From: a virus
Strand: one strand, 5' to 3'
IMG/VR virus record: IMGVR_UViG_3300037473_000391
Length of the DNA stretch: 64,000 nt
Below the pieces are notes generated by a model. The model worked only from the letters and a program-made list of their open reading frames with translations. It ran no database searches and was not told the origin of the DNA. The stretch's first letter is position 1, and each line of letters begins with the position of its first letter. This document shows, piece by piece, positions 54,596 to 62,754 of this stretch. The position numbers were made by a program, and so were the translations under genes.

Positions 54596-54957
54596 GACCA
54601 CCCCTGCAACGCTTCGCGCAGTTCAGCGACGTCCTGTCGCAGGTCATCAGCTCGTCCCAGTGTCTCGTAAGAGTTTCCACAGAAGTAAGCGGCACCAGCG
54701 CCAATGTATGTCACGACAAGCGACATCAGCGCTACGGCAGGCCAGCTGTCTGGTGCAGCATGTAACTCACGCAGCCCAAACAGGATGTTAACTAGTGCCA
54801 GGATCGCGAACACAACAGACGACGCTCGCTCAGCAATCGCGAGATGCACCCAACCTCTGGCGCTCTCTGTGCGCCACTCGATTCCATCACGCGCGATCTG
54901 GCGCATCGCCGGCGAGCGGACGCCTTCTGTCCACCATTTTCTCACCACGACAACCAC
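54592..54957 (-). CDS. membrane protein
   Basis: GTG start with two hydrophobic segments. Confidence 0.45.
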   Translation of the reverse strand: MVVVVRKWWTEGVRSPAMRQIARDGIEWRTESARGWVHLAIAERASSVVFAILALVNILFGLRELHAAPDSWPAVALMSLVVTYIGAGAAYFCGNSYETLGRADDLRQDVAELREALQGWS

Positions 54958-55079
54958 CCCTCTCGAACGAGATACGCCAGTGACCCAATCGCGAGCGAGC
55001 AGGCCATCGCGATGACGGTCAGGAGTTCATGCGCGCGCGACCAGATGTCCGGCAGCATGGATAGGGTTTCGAGGATCAT
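54942..55079 (-). CDS. 45-aa hydrophobic peptide (not in the ORF track)
   Basis: The ATG at 55079 is in an ATGA overlap with the upstream stop. Sequence MILETLSMLPDIWSRAHELLTVIAMACSLAIGSLAYLVREGWLSW. Confidence 0.35.
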   Translation of the reverse strand: MILETLSMLPDIWSRAHELLTVIAMACSLAIGSLAYLVREGWLSW

Positions 55080-55684
55080 GCCGCCCCCTTGAGACTCGCG
55101 AGTGTCAACTTGTAGGGCTCAATCTCAACGGTAATGAGAACGCGTCCGCGGTAGCGCTGCCAGCCGTCAACCAAGTCCCATCCGATCTCGCCGCTGCGAA
55201 CATCGCGACACCGCTGACCAATCAACGGGCGACCGCTCCAGCCGTCGTGTGCGGCCTCGACGTAGATGCGCTCGGCATGGCGATGGTTCTCCGCCGCCAG
55301 TTCGTTTGCCTCCTTGCGGATGCGGCGCCAATCAATGGGGTTCTCGTCGGTCGCTCGGAAGCGCCATCGGTGAACCTCGCAGCCGCCCGTAATGATCGTC
55401 TCGACGGTGTTGCTTGGGCCGATGTCAATCTTGAACCCAGAAGGGTTGATGCGCCCAGCATTGGGGCCGGCGTCAGTGGTCGCTCGATAGGTGTAAGTGA
55501 TCTCGTTCGATGAGCGCGTTGGTAGTCCACCGATCACCCAGAAGGACAACGCCGTGAACGCGGCCGCAAACGCGCAGATGCGCCATTGGCTAGCGTCTCC
55601 GCCGCTATACCAGGCGTATGCGATAACCTGAAAGACTGCGCCGGAAAGCGCAAACAATGCTCTCACTATTGGGTTATTCTTCAT
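55076..55684 (-). CDS. membrane-anchored hypothetical protein
   Basis: Two N-terminal TM segments. Confidence 0.5.
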   Translation of the reverse strand: MKNNPIVRALFALSGAVFQVIAYAWYSGGDASQWRICAFAAAFTALSFWVIGGLPTRSSNEITYTYRATTDAGPNAGRINPSGFKIDIGPSNTVETIITGGCEVHRWRFRATDENPIDWRRIRKEANELAAENHRHAERIYVEAAHDGWSGRPLIGQRCRDVRSGEIGWDLVDGWQRYRGRVLITVEIEPYKLTLASLKGAA

Positions 55685-55696
55685 CGTTCACTCCTC

Positions 55697-56218
55697 TCAG
55701 CTACCCCGCAGCACTGGCACATGGCGAATAGGTCGACGGTGCTCGATGTCGCTCCAAAGAATCCGAAGCTCCCGATGCGTCTCCGCGCGAAGCTTCGCCC
55801 AGTCAGGGATAACATCCCGCGCGCAACCGCGACCATCCTGCGCGGCGTACATGATCTCTAGTCCGTAGCGCGCGCACATGCCGAGCCGCTTGTCTGCAAG
55901 CGTCGCCGAGATGCGCAGGTTCTCAGGTTCGAGACCGAAGATCGCCTCCCATAATCCTGAATGGGGGTCATCGTGGAGCTGCCACCAACCCCGCGCTTTG
56001 CCGCCATCGCACCAGTAACCTTCGACACACCCGAGCTGGAACTCGGGATTCAGGCCGGTTTCGTGTCGCCCTTGGTTGAGCAGCCGCATGGCGCGCTCGG
56101 GGTTTCCGTGAGCGACATCGGCGATAGCGATCGAAGCGTCGGACGCGACTTGCTCTTGCCCTGGGATCTGTGGCCAAAGCGCCACGAACACGGCGAATAC
56201 GATTTGAGTGAAAGTCAA
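55697..56218 (-). CDS. hypothetical protein, weakly lytic-transglycosylase-like
   Basis: An N-terminal hydrophobic segment, then HETGLNPEF...GWWQLH. This is a weak call. Confidence 0.35.
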   Translation of the reverse strand: MTFTQIVFAVFVALWPQIPGQEQVASDASIAIADVAHGNPERAMRLLNQGRHETGLNPEFQLGCVEGYWCDGGKARGWWQLHDDPHSGLWEAIFGLEPENLRISATLADKRLGMCARYGLEIMYAAQDGRGCARDVIPDWAKLRAETHRELRILWSDIEHRRPIRHVPVLRGS

Positions 56219-56511
56219 AGTTGGTTCCTCTGGGTAAGAATTGCGCTGGACGCGGGGATAAGTGGCGGTACGCGTCGGCGTCTTGGGTTAACTCTATGGG
56301 CAAAGAGAGGGGCGTTGTCCGCTTCCGCGAGCGCCATCCGCGCAGCACTCACGGCGCGCCAGGACTCCTGCAGGTTGCGACGAGTGATCGCGAGAATGTT
56401 GGCCGCGTCCGCTGTGAGCACGGAGTTGGCCGGGAAAGGTGCACGCAAGGCATCAGGCGGGAGGTGGGGAGGGAGACCCGGGCCCCGCGTGCGTAAGTGG
56501 TGGAGGGTCAT
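56215..56511 (-). CDS. hypothetical protein
   Basis: Internal ATG at 56511 overlaps the upstream stop by 1 nt. Confidence 0.4.
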   Translation of the reverse strand: MTLHHLRTRGPGLPPHLPPDALRAPFPANSVLTADAANILAITRRNLQESWRAVSAARMALAEADNAPLFAHRVNPRRRRVPPLIPASSAILTQRNQL

Positions 56512-57419
56512 TACGCGGCCTCCCGAACTGCAGTGATGAGATCGCGCGCCACCGGAGGACACACGGCGTTTCCGAGCCCGCGAATGACGTTCGCTCGGGA
56601 TAGCTCAGTGGGCCAGGTGTACGACTCCGGAAAACCCATGCCGCGTGCGAGCTCGCGAGTTGTGAGAGGGCGATAGCCGCGCTTGCGGTCAGCGAGGATC
56701 CACTGGTCCTTGGTCGTGATTGTTCGAATGGGTTCGTTGATGGGCACGCCGCGATGCCCGGTCGTGTGCTGCACGAGCGCGACGGGGTAGCGCGACAGCG
56801 CTGCTTCGATTCGCCCACGGCCACCAGGTGCCGCTTTGGCGACGGGACGCCAGCCTGTCGCGTCGGCATCGAGGCACGGGGCAAACGCTGGCTCAGTCGT
56901 CAGCGAAAGAGGCAGCTGAAGTGAGCGCCCGTTGCGAAGTCCAACGATGAACAGGCGCTCTCGGCGCTGCGGCACACCATGCGCGCTCGCCGTCAGGACG
57001 TGAGTCGAGAGCGTGTAACCGATGCGCTCCAAGGCCTCGCGCCAGGTCCCGTAGAGACGCCACTGCTGAAAGCTCGTGACGTTCTCGATGATGATCCCGC
57101 TGGGTTCACACGTGTCCGCGCAGTCGACGATCGCCCACGCGGTTGCGCGCATGGCGTCGTGGTAGGCGCGCCGCTTGGGCTGCGAAGCGGTGCTGTGACC
57201 CTGACACGATGGGCTGCCCAAAAGTAGATCGAAGCGCGGGAGCGCGGTCCAGTCGGCTTGTCGGAGATCTTGGCACGCGTGCTCGGTCTCTGGATGGTTG
57301 GCGGTGTGGACCTGGACAGCGAGGGGCGAATGGTTTGCGGCCCAGGCGACATGGACGCCGGCTTGGCGCGCCGCCTCGGTGAAGCCGCCGAAGCCCGCGA
57401 AGAGATCGACGGCGATCAC
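56511..57419 (-). CDS. dcm: DNA cytosine-5 methyltransferase
   Basis: Motif I DLFAGFGG, motif IV GSPSCQGHS, motif VI IIIENV, motif VIII QRRERLFIVG and motif X GNAVCPPV. Confidence 0.85.
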   Translation of the reverse strand: MIAVDLFAGFGGFTEAARQAGVHVAWAANHSPLAVQVHTANHPETEHACQDLRQADWTALPRFDLLLGSPSCQGHSTASQPKRRAYHDAMRATAWAIVDCADTCEPSGIIIENVTSFQQWRLYGTWREALERIGYTLSTHVLTASAHGVPQRRERLFIVGLRNGRSLQLPLSLTTEPAFAPCLDADATGWRPVAKAAPGGRGRIEAALSRYPVALVQHTTGHRGVPINEPIRTITTKDQWILADRKRGYRPLTTRELARGMGFPESYTWPTELSRANVIRGLGNAVCPPVARDLITAVREAA

Positions 57420-57982
57420 GCGGCCCTCGATCGGTTGACGGCAACTGCGCGTGCGATTGAAACCAGAAACTCAGCGAACGCCGGCGGCGTCCTTCTGCGA
57501 CCCGCGGCGGACAACTCAAGCAGATGCGTGTTGCGGTTGCGCGAATTCACGCAGTGAGTTGGAGTTCCGCCTCGCAACAACGTGACCGAGCTCGGTCGAA
57601 CACCAACGACGTAGAGCCAAGTGGTCTTGCGGGCGCGATGCCCCCAGCTGACCTGGTCGACTTCAACCGCCCATCCGCCGAACTCGTCGGGTAAACCGCC
57701 GGGTAACGGCAGGTTGCAGCGATCCCAAAGCTTAGACGCTTGCGGGTGCTCCAGTACGCCGCCCCAGCGACGCACTTGCTCGACGGCGAGCGGCGCTAAA
57801 TCCTTGGGCTGATGACGGCAGAAGAATCGCAGTCGCGACCATGGCCCACACGGCGGATGCGCGACGATTGGGTGTGGGCCTGCGTAACCACGCGCGTCAC
57901 GCTGCTCATCCCAGCAGTCGACACCAGGGAGCTTTGGGTATGGCCCCAGCGCGTCCACGTAGAGGGCCGCGACGGTGATCAT
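57416..57982 (-). CDS. mini C5-methyltransferase-like protein lacking an FxGxG motif and a target-recognition domain
   Basis: ATG at 57982 (ATGA overlap). Motifs AHPPCGPWS (IV-like), GGVLEHP (VI-like), WGHRARKTTWLYVVG (VIII-like) and RRTPPAFAEFL (X-like). Confidence 0.5.
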   Translation of the reverse strand: MITVAALYVDALGPYPKLPGVDCWDEQRDARGYAGPHPIVAHPPCGPWSRLRFFCRHQPKDLAPLAVEQVRRWGGVLEHPQASKLWDRCNLPLPGGLPDEFGGWAVEVDQVSWGHRARKTTWLYVVGVRPSSVTLLRGGTPTHCVNSRNRNTHLLELSAAGRRRTPPAFAEFLVSIARAVAVNRSRAA

Positions 57983-58512
57983 GTTACGTGCCCCCAAGTT
58001 TTTCCGCGCACGATGTCGTGAACGCTTGATGCGTTCAGGTCGACTTGGGCACCGATCTTGGCAAGGCTCAGCCCGTCAGCGCGCAGTCTGCGAATCAGCT
58101 TCACCTTCTCGGGATCAATCTTCGCGTTTGGGTGTTCAGAGCCTGTTTTGAACCGGTTGAAGTGCGCGCGACCGCGCATGCGCATGTCCGAGAGGTTGTC
58201 GGCTTGCGTTCCGAGCTCCAGATGATCAGGGCGGACACACGCGACGTTGTCGCAGCGATGGCGAATCACTTGACCGGGTGGGATATCGCCGCGCGCGAGC
58301 AGCCAACTCATTCGATGAGCAAGGAAACTGCGCTTCTTGATCGCGAACAGACCGTAGCTGAGCGCGCCGCCTCGACGCTTCGTGCGGTACCCCTGCCACT
58401 CCCAACATGCGTCACCCTCAGCCCACTTCACTAGGCTGGCGAAACGCTGAGCGGAAGCCGCTTCGATCCCGCGCGAAGCCCCCCCGCCGGCGAACAAATC
58501 GACGACGATCAC
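57979..58512 (-). CDS. HNH endonuclease whose first ~20 codons look like C5-methyltransferase motif I
   Basis: GTG at 58512 (GTGA overlap). Starts VIVVDLFAGGGASRGIEAA. HNH_3-like CWEWQGYR...HRMSW...HRCDNVACVRPDHLELGTQADN. C-terminal HTH-like segment. Confidence 0.7.
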   Translation of the reverse strand: MIVVDLFAGGGASRGIEAASAQRFASLVKWAEGDACWEWQGYRTKRRGGALSYGLFAIKKRSFLAHRMSWLLARGDIPPGQVIRHRCDNVACVRPDHLELGTQADNLSDMRMRGRAHFNRFKTGSEHPNAKIDPEKVKLIRRLRADGLSLAKIGAQVDLNASSVHDIVRGKTWGHVT

Positions 58513-59153
58513 GCGGCCACCTCCGAGCTGCCCTGAGCGACGCACGGGATCGCTGCGCGAACCTCAGCACAGTCCTGGAACCATTCACCCTGAACACGCC
58601 ACTCAGCGAGGCGCTTGTGCAGGGCCAGCTCGTCACGCTTGGTACCTGGCATCGTGCGCAGAACCTCGACCGAACCGAAGCGCTTCTCGAGATCGCGCAC
58701 CCGTTGCTTCAGGTTCGACGTGAACCCGATCTTGATGCACCATGTGCTCTCGGCACGGATGAAGTACACGACCGATTCGCGTGCGACGCAGACCTTAGGG
58801 CCAAGTCCGTTCCGATTCAGATGCGCGCGCAGCCAAGCGTCAGCATGCGGCGTGTAGATCGTGACCGCGCCTCCCGGAGCACGCTCACAGGGCATCGGAT
58901 TATTCGCTTGCGTGAGCCAGCGCTTGACCGTGCCGAGCGAGAGTTTTCGCAGCTCAGCGTATCGGCGCGGAGTGACTCGCGCGGGCACAAGGCGAGACAG
59001 GGTGACGCGAGCGCGGTCCGCCAGCTGCGTCGTCTTCGTTCCGTCCTCAAGGACAACGTTGCGCCCGAAGTAGCCGCCCTTGGGCATCCACTTGCCAGCG
59101 CTGACTATGCGGCGCCCGTCCCGCATGACCATCTGCGCGGTGGGCTCGGTCAC
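58509..59153 (-). CDS. T5orf172 (GIY-YIG-like) domain protein with an N-terminal HTH
   Basis: VYFIRAESTWCIKIGFTSNLKQRVRDL...HKRLAEWRVQGEWF. Confidence 0.65.
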   Translation of the reverse strand: MTEPTAQMVMRDGRRIVSAGKWMPKGGYFGRNVVLEDGTKTTQLADRARVTLSRLVPARVTPRRYAELRKLSLGTVKRWLTQANNPMPCERAPGGAVTIYTPHADAWLRAHLNRNGLGPKVCVARESVVYFIRAESTWCIKIGFTSNLKQRVRDLEKRFGSVEVLRTMPGTKRDELALHKRLAEWRVQGEWFQDCAEVRAAIPCVAQGSSEVAA

Positions 59154-60529
59154 GACGCCACCACCTTCCGGGCGCGCGTCAAATCCCAGGGGCCAAAGAT
59201 CTCACTACCCTGCTCCGCTGTCCGGATCGCCTTACGGAGCCAGGCGCGATCGTCACTGTTCCGATTTTGGAGCGATTTATCCGCTAAGCCTGCGTTGTCA
59301 CTCTGCTTAGCTCCGGTTTCGTAAACCGTAGGTCTCCAGTTCGATTCTGGAAGTTGGCTCTCTTGTTTTTCCCTGAATTTGACGATAACTCGCTCCGAGT
59401 CACTGGAACGGCTCTGGAACGTTTTCTCCGCCGCCTTGAACGCCTTGTCGTCGAGCAGTTGGGCGTAGATCTCGGTCGTCGTCACAGACGCGTGCCCGAG
59501 TAGCGCGCGCACTTCCTCGAGTGACCACGTGTGATCCGTCTCTGACCACCAGCCTGCGAGCAGCGCGGTGGCCGTCGTGTGGCGAAGCCAGTGCCAGTTG
59601 CGGTACGGGATCTTGCACGCGCGGAACAACTCGACCCAGCCCTTCGGGTGCTTGTTCCAGCGGCGTTGCTCCCCGCGCCAACCCGGGAACAGCCACTCCG
59701 ATTTCGCGAGAGCCGGGAACGCAGAGCGCAGTTCGCCTAGGAGCCGCAGCGCTTCATCTGTTGGCGGGAGACGCGGGACTTCGCGCCAGTCTCCGGACTT
59801 CGGCGATGCGTTCGCTTCACTGCGGCGAATCAGGATCCCTGACTCCGACACGTCCTCGCGCTTGACACCCCACTGCTCCGAAAGGCGGCATCCCGTGCCC
59901 AGGGCGAACAACACCGACGCAAGCAGGAGCTTGCGCTTCGCTTCATCCTGCTTTGCGTGTTCGCTCAGCTTCAGTCGCTTGGGCTCACGTAACTCACGGA
60001 GCAGCGCGTTCTGGTGCTCAGGGCGCAGCAACTTGGAGAGCAGCTCCGTCTTTGGAGTCTTCCCTGCCTTGCCTCGGATCTGGATGCCATCACACGGGTT
60101 GGCCGCCACAAGTTCACGCTCGACCGCGTAGGCAAATGCGTATCGCATCGAGTTTAGGCGATTGCGCTTCGTGCTCGGCGACACTGCGCGATCGATCCAA
60201 TTCTTGATGTGGACGCGCGCCAGGTCGACGGCTCGGGTTGCGCCGAACTCTGCGATGATTGCGGTCCATATGCCGCGCTCACCACGGAGTGTCGATGGCT
60301 TCAGATCGCTGCGACGCAAACGCTCAGCTCTCACGAGCTCGACGAGGTGCCTTACAGTGAACTCGTCAGCCTTGACCTGCAGGGCAACGAGCGCGTCGGC
60401 GTACTCGCGCGCCCTCGCCTCGGTGAGGCCGCTCGCAACGGTCTGGAGTTTGCCCTCGATGCGAGTTCGCACGCGCCACTTGCCCGGCGCGTACTCCTCA
60501 ATGTTACCACTTCCGTACTCGCGACTCAT
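59150..60529 (-). CDS. int: tyrosine integrase with a ~105-aa extension after the catalytic Tyr
   Basis: The ATG at 60529 is preceded by GGAGGA and overlaps the upstream stop. Motifs GCRLSE, HWLRHT and LLGHASVTTTEIY. Confidence 0.9.
   Translation of the reverse strand: MSREYGSGNIEEYAPGKWRVRTRIEGKLQTVASGLTEARAREYADALVALQVKADEFTVRHLVELVRAERLRRSDLKPSTLRGERGIWTAIIAEFGATRAVDLARVHIKNWIDRAVSPSTKRNRLNSMRYAFAYAVERELVAANPCDGIQIRGKAGKTPKTELLSKLLRPEHQNALLRELREPKRLKLSEHAKQDEAKRKLLLASVLFALGTGCRLSEQWGVKREDVSESGILIRRSEANASPKSGDWREVPRLPPTDEALRLLGELRSAFPALAKSEWLFPGWRGEQRRWNKHPKGWVELFRACKIPYRNWHWLRHTTATALLAGWWSETDHTWSLEEVRALLGHASVTTTEIYAQLLDDKAFKAAEKTFQSRSSDSERVIVKFREKQESQLPESNWRPTVYETGAKQSDNAGLADKSLQNRNSDDRAWLRKAIRTAEQGSEIFGPWDLTRARKVVAS
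59312..59359 (+). mobile_element. putative attP core: 3' half of a tRNA-Thr(CGT) inside int
   Basis: CCGGT-TTCGTAA-ACCGT AGGTC TCCAG-TTCGATT-CTGGA AGTTGGC T. There is no D arm or 5' acceptor strand. Confidence 0.6.
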
Positions 60530-60723
60530 CGGATCCTCCGCAGGCCCGCGCTCACGGCGCGCAGCGCTTCTTCGCTGGGGGGTTGCGCCGGCGGGGTCAA
60601 CTTGCGGCGCTTGCGCGGTTTCTGATGCCCTCGAACTCGAGCGAGTTCTTCGGCGCACGCCGAGATGGCAGCAGCGTGGCGAGCAATCTCGCTCGTAATC
60701 TCCTGTTCGCTTCGCTCACTCAT
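60526..60723 (-). CDS. small basic protein upstream of int (excisionase/directionality-factor candidate)
   Basis: Translationally coupled to int. The function is inferred from position only. Confidence 0.4.
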   Translation of the reverse strand: MSERSEQEITSEIARHAAAISACAEELARVRGHQKPRKRRKLTPPAQPPSEEALRAVSAGLRRIR

Positions 60724-60754
60724 GCGCGTGCCCTACAATGATAACCCGTTGGAC

Positions 60755-61060
60755 TCAGTCTTGCACCTGTGACCAGCCGCCAGGTTCGTACTGGCGCTTG
60801 TATCCGACGCAAGGGTTGCCGGGCGGCAGAGCCGCATCGCGGTGCTCTGCCGGCAGGTCACCCTTCTCGTGACGCAACAGCGTCTCTTTCGCGATGTCGA
60901 GCATGAATGGCGCGCACCCACGCGTGTCCTCAGGCTCGACTCGAGCGAACATCTTCACGCCCTCGGCCCGCACGGTATGGGCATGGCCCGTAACTTCACC
61001 GTCTCCGAGAATGAACCTGCCGCGCACTGCCCTCACACTCTTCAATTTCGTCTTTGCCAT
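60755..61060 (-). CDS. hypothetical protein (GDGEVTGHAH motif)
   Basis: ATG at 61060 is preferred because it lies just after the upstream stop. The track start at 61126 is also possible. Confidence 0.45.
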   Translation of the reverse strand: MAKTKLKSVRAVRGRFILGDGEVTGHAHTVRAEGVKMFARVEPEDTRGCAPFMLDIAKETLLRHEKGDLPAEHRDAALPPGNPCVGYKRQYEPGGWSQVQD

Positions 61061-61065
61061 GTCGA

Positions 61066-62451
61066 TCACGCTTCCTGCTGGAACGCCAGCTTTGGGTTTT
61101 GGTTGCACCATTGAGGTGTCGGCCACGAAATGGTCTCGGGCGGCGCGTAGGTCAGCACAACGTCGCCGTGCCGAATCTGCTTGGCGTCAGCGACCGAGCT
61201 GACGGGGATCTGCCAACGTCGTGCCGCTTGGGCGGTTTTCAATTCAGGGTGAACGGGCTCCACGAAGTGTGGTTGCGAGCCGTCATGCAGCGCGGGCGAA
61301 CGCATGCGCAGGAACCGCGGCTGCTCGTCCCCGAGCCGCGTTGCCGTGTCCAGCAACTGATAGTCGAGTCCCGTCTTCGGATCCTGCCACTCGTCGATCG
61401 TCACGAGGTCGCGCAGCGCGAGATACTTTTCCCAACCGAGCTTCTCGGCAAGGCATCGGTGTATCTCCGAGTTGCGCTCTGCATTCAGCTCCTCGCGGGT
61501 GAACGACTCCGGCTCCGTGATGACGCGCTTGTCGACGCGCACACCGTGCCAGACATAGATCTCGTAGCCATCACGGCAGCGCAGCGCCGGGCCATCGGAG
61601 CTGTGCAGGCGACCACGTTCGTCCATCGAGAAGCTCTCGTGCCGCTCGGAGCAGATAACGAATTCACCAAAGACGAAGAAGTGTGTGGGACCGCTGATCA
61701 GCTTGAGCCAGCGCTCTAGCTGTGCGTTCTGATCTGCAGTGAACTCCACACCGCAGACGTCGCGCACGGACGCGCAGTGCATCCACCAGCTGAACCAATG
61801 CGTTGACCAGCGGTTACCCCAGGCACGCCAGTGCAGATCGGCGAGTTGCCCTCGGAGTTGCCCTCGGAGTTGCCCGTCGAGTTGCCCTCGGAGTTGCCCG
61901 TCGAGTTGCCCTCGGAGTTGCCCGTCGAGTTGCCCTCGGAGTTGCCCGTCGAGTTGCCCGTAGAGTTGCCCGGCGAGTTGCCCTCGGAGTTGCCCGTCGA
62001 GTTGCCCGTAGAGTTGCCCGTCGAGTTGCCCGTAGAGTTGCCCGTCGAGTTGCCCTCGGAGTTGCCCGTCGAGTTGCCCGTCGAGTTGCCCGTAGAGTTG
62101 CCCGTAGAGTTGCCCGTAGAGTTGCCCGTCGAGTTGCCCTCGGAGTTGCCCGTCGAGTTGCCCGTCGAGTTGCCCGGCGACGTCAGCGAGCTTCCCGCTC
62201 TTTGCCAAGATCAGCGCATAGGCGATGAGGGGCGCCGCAAGCACGCAGCTCAGCGGGCCGTCGAACCAGAAGATTTTAGGCGCTGGCTTGCCAAGGGCGG
62301 CGTACATCTCGGTCAGAACAGCGGCGGTGGTCTCGCGGTCTGCCGGTTCCGTGCTCTTACCCTTGGCAAGCCAGCGCTCGCGCTCGGAATCGATCCGATT
62401 CCACTGCTCTGGTGTCAAACTTGTGATCTTGGCGTTTCCCATCGCGTTCAC
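61066..62451 (-). CDS. hypothetical protein with 28 tandem GQLx tetrapeptides
   Basis: 461 aa. The repeat block is flanked by W-rich non-repetitive domains. Confidence 0.65.
   Translation of the reverse strand: MNAMGNAKITSLTPEQWNRIDSERERWLAKGKSTEPADRETTAAVLTEMYAALGKPAPKIFWFDGPLSCVLAAPLIAYALILAKSGKLADVAGQLDGQLDGQLRGQLDGQLYGQLYGQLYGQLDGQLDGQLRGQLDGQLYGQLDGQLYGQLDGQLRGQLAGQLYGQLDGQLRGQLDGQLRGQLDGQLRGQLDGQLRGQLRGQLADLHWRAWGNRWSTHWFSWWMHCASVRDVCGVEFTADQNAQLERWLKLISGPTHFFVFGEFVICSERHESFSMDERGRLHSSDGPALRCRDGYEIYVWHGVRVDKRVITEPESFTREELNAERNSEIHRCLAEKLGWEKYLALRDLVTIDEWQDPKTGLDYQLLDTATRLGDEQPRFLRMRSPALHDGSQPHFVEPVHPELKTAQAARRWQIPVSSVADAKQIRHGDVVLTYAPPETISWPTPQWCNQNPKLAFQQEA
61841..62176. repeat. 12-bp in-frame tandem repeat, 28 copies
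   Basis: Plus-strand units are GAGTTGCCC followed by TCG, GTC or GTA. These encode GQL(R/D/Y) on the minus strand. Confidence 0.9.
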
Positions 62452-62532
62452 TCCTTACCGCTTGTCCCGAATCGCTCTACTGGTCACTCTCTCAGCTCTT
62501 GCGCACCGCGTCGCAGTGGTCACCTTCGGCGC

Positions 62533-62724
62533 CTATGAACCATCTGCCCTGGCTGCTTCCCTGCGATCAATCTCCGCCCACACGTCCGTTAACCGGAGGC
62601 GCAAAGCCTCAGCGCCAAGACGTCGGGCCTCAAACAGCGTGACGGCGCGGACGCGCTTGGCGAACTCGCGTTTGCGCTTGCCCTTCGGGAACGCCCACCA
62701 GTAGCACGTCCCGGTTTCATCCAT
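62533..62724 (-). CDS. hypothetical basic protein
   Basis: Track ORF. Confidence 0.45.
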   Translation of the reverse strand: MDETGTCYWWAFPKGKRKREFAKRVRAVTLFEARRLGAEALRLRLTDVWAEIDRREAARADGS

Positions 62725-62738
62725 CGTGCACTCGTCAA

Positions 62739-62754
62739 CGCAAGTTTACTTGCG
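62739..62754. promoter_or_regulatory. 16-bp palindrome CGCAAGT-TT-ACTTGCG (operator candidate)
   Basis: Perfect 7-bp arms. It lies between divergent genes, 15 nt from the ATG at 62724. Confidence 0.35.

Noticed and set aside
59300-59360. A functional tRNA-Thr gene.
   Set aside because: Only the anticodon arm, variable loop, T arm and 3' acceptor strand are present. There is no D arm and no complementary 5' acceptor strand, and the first anticodon-stem pair is mismatched. I interpret it as an att core instead.
61841-62176. Possible CRISPR array, given the many short direct repeats.
   Set aside because: The period is only 12 bp with no spacers. The repeats are in frame inside a long ORF, and there are no cas genes.
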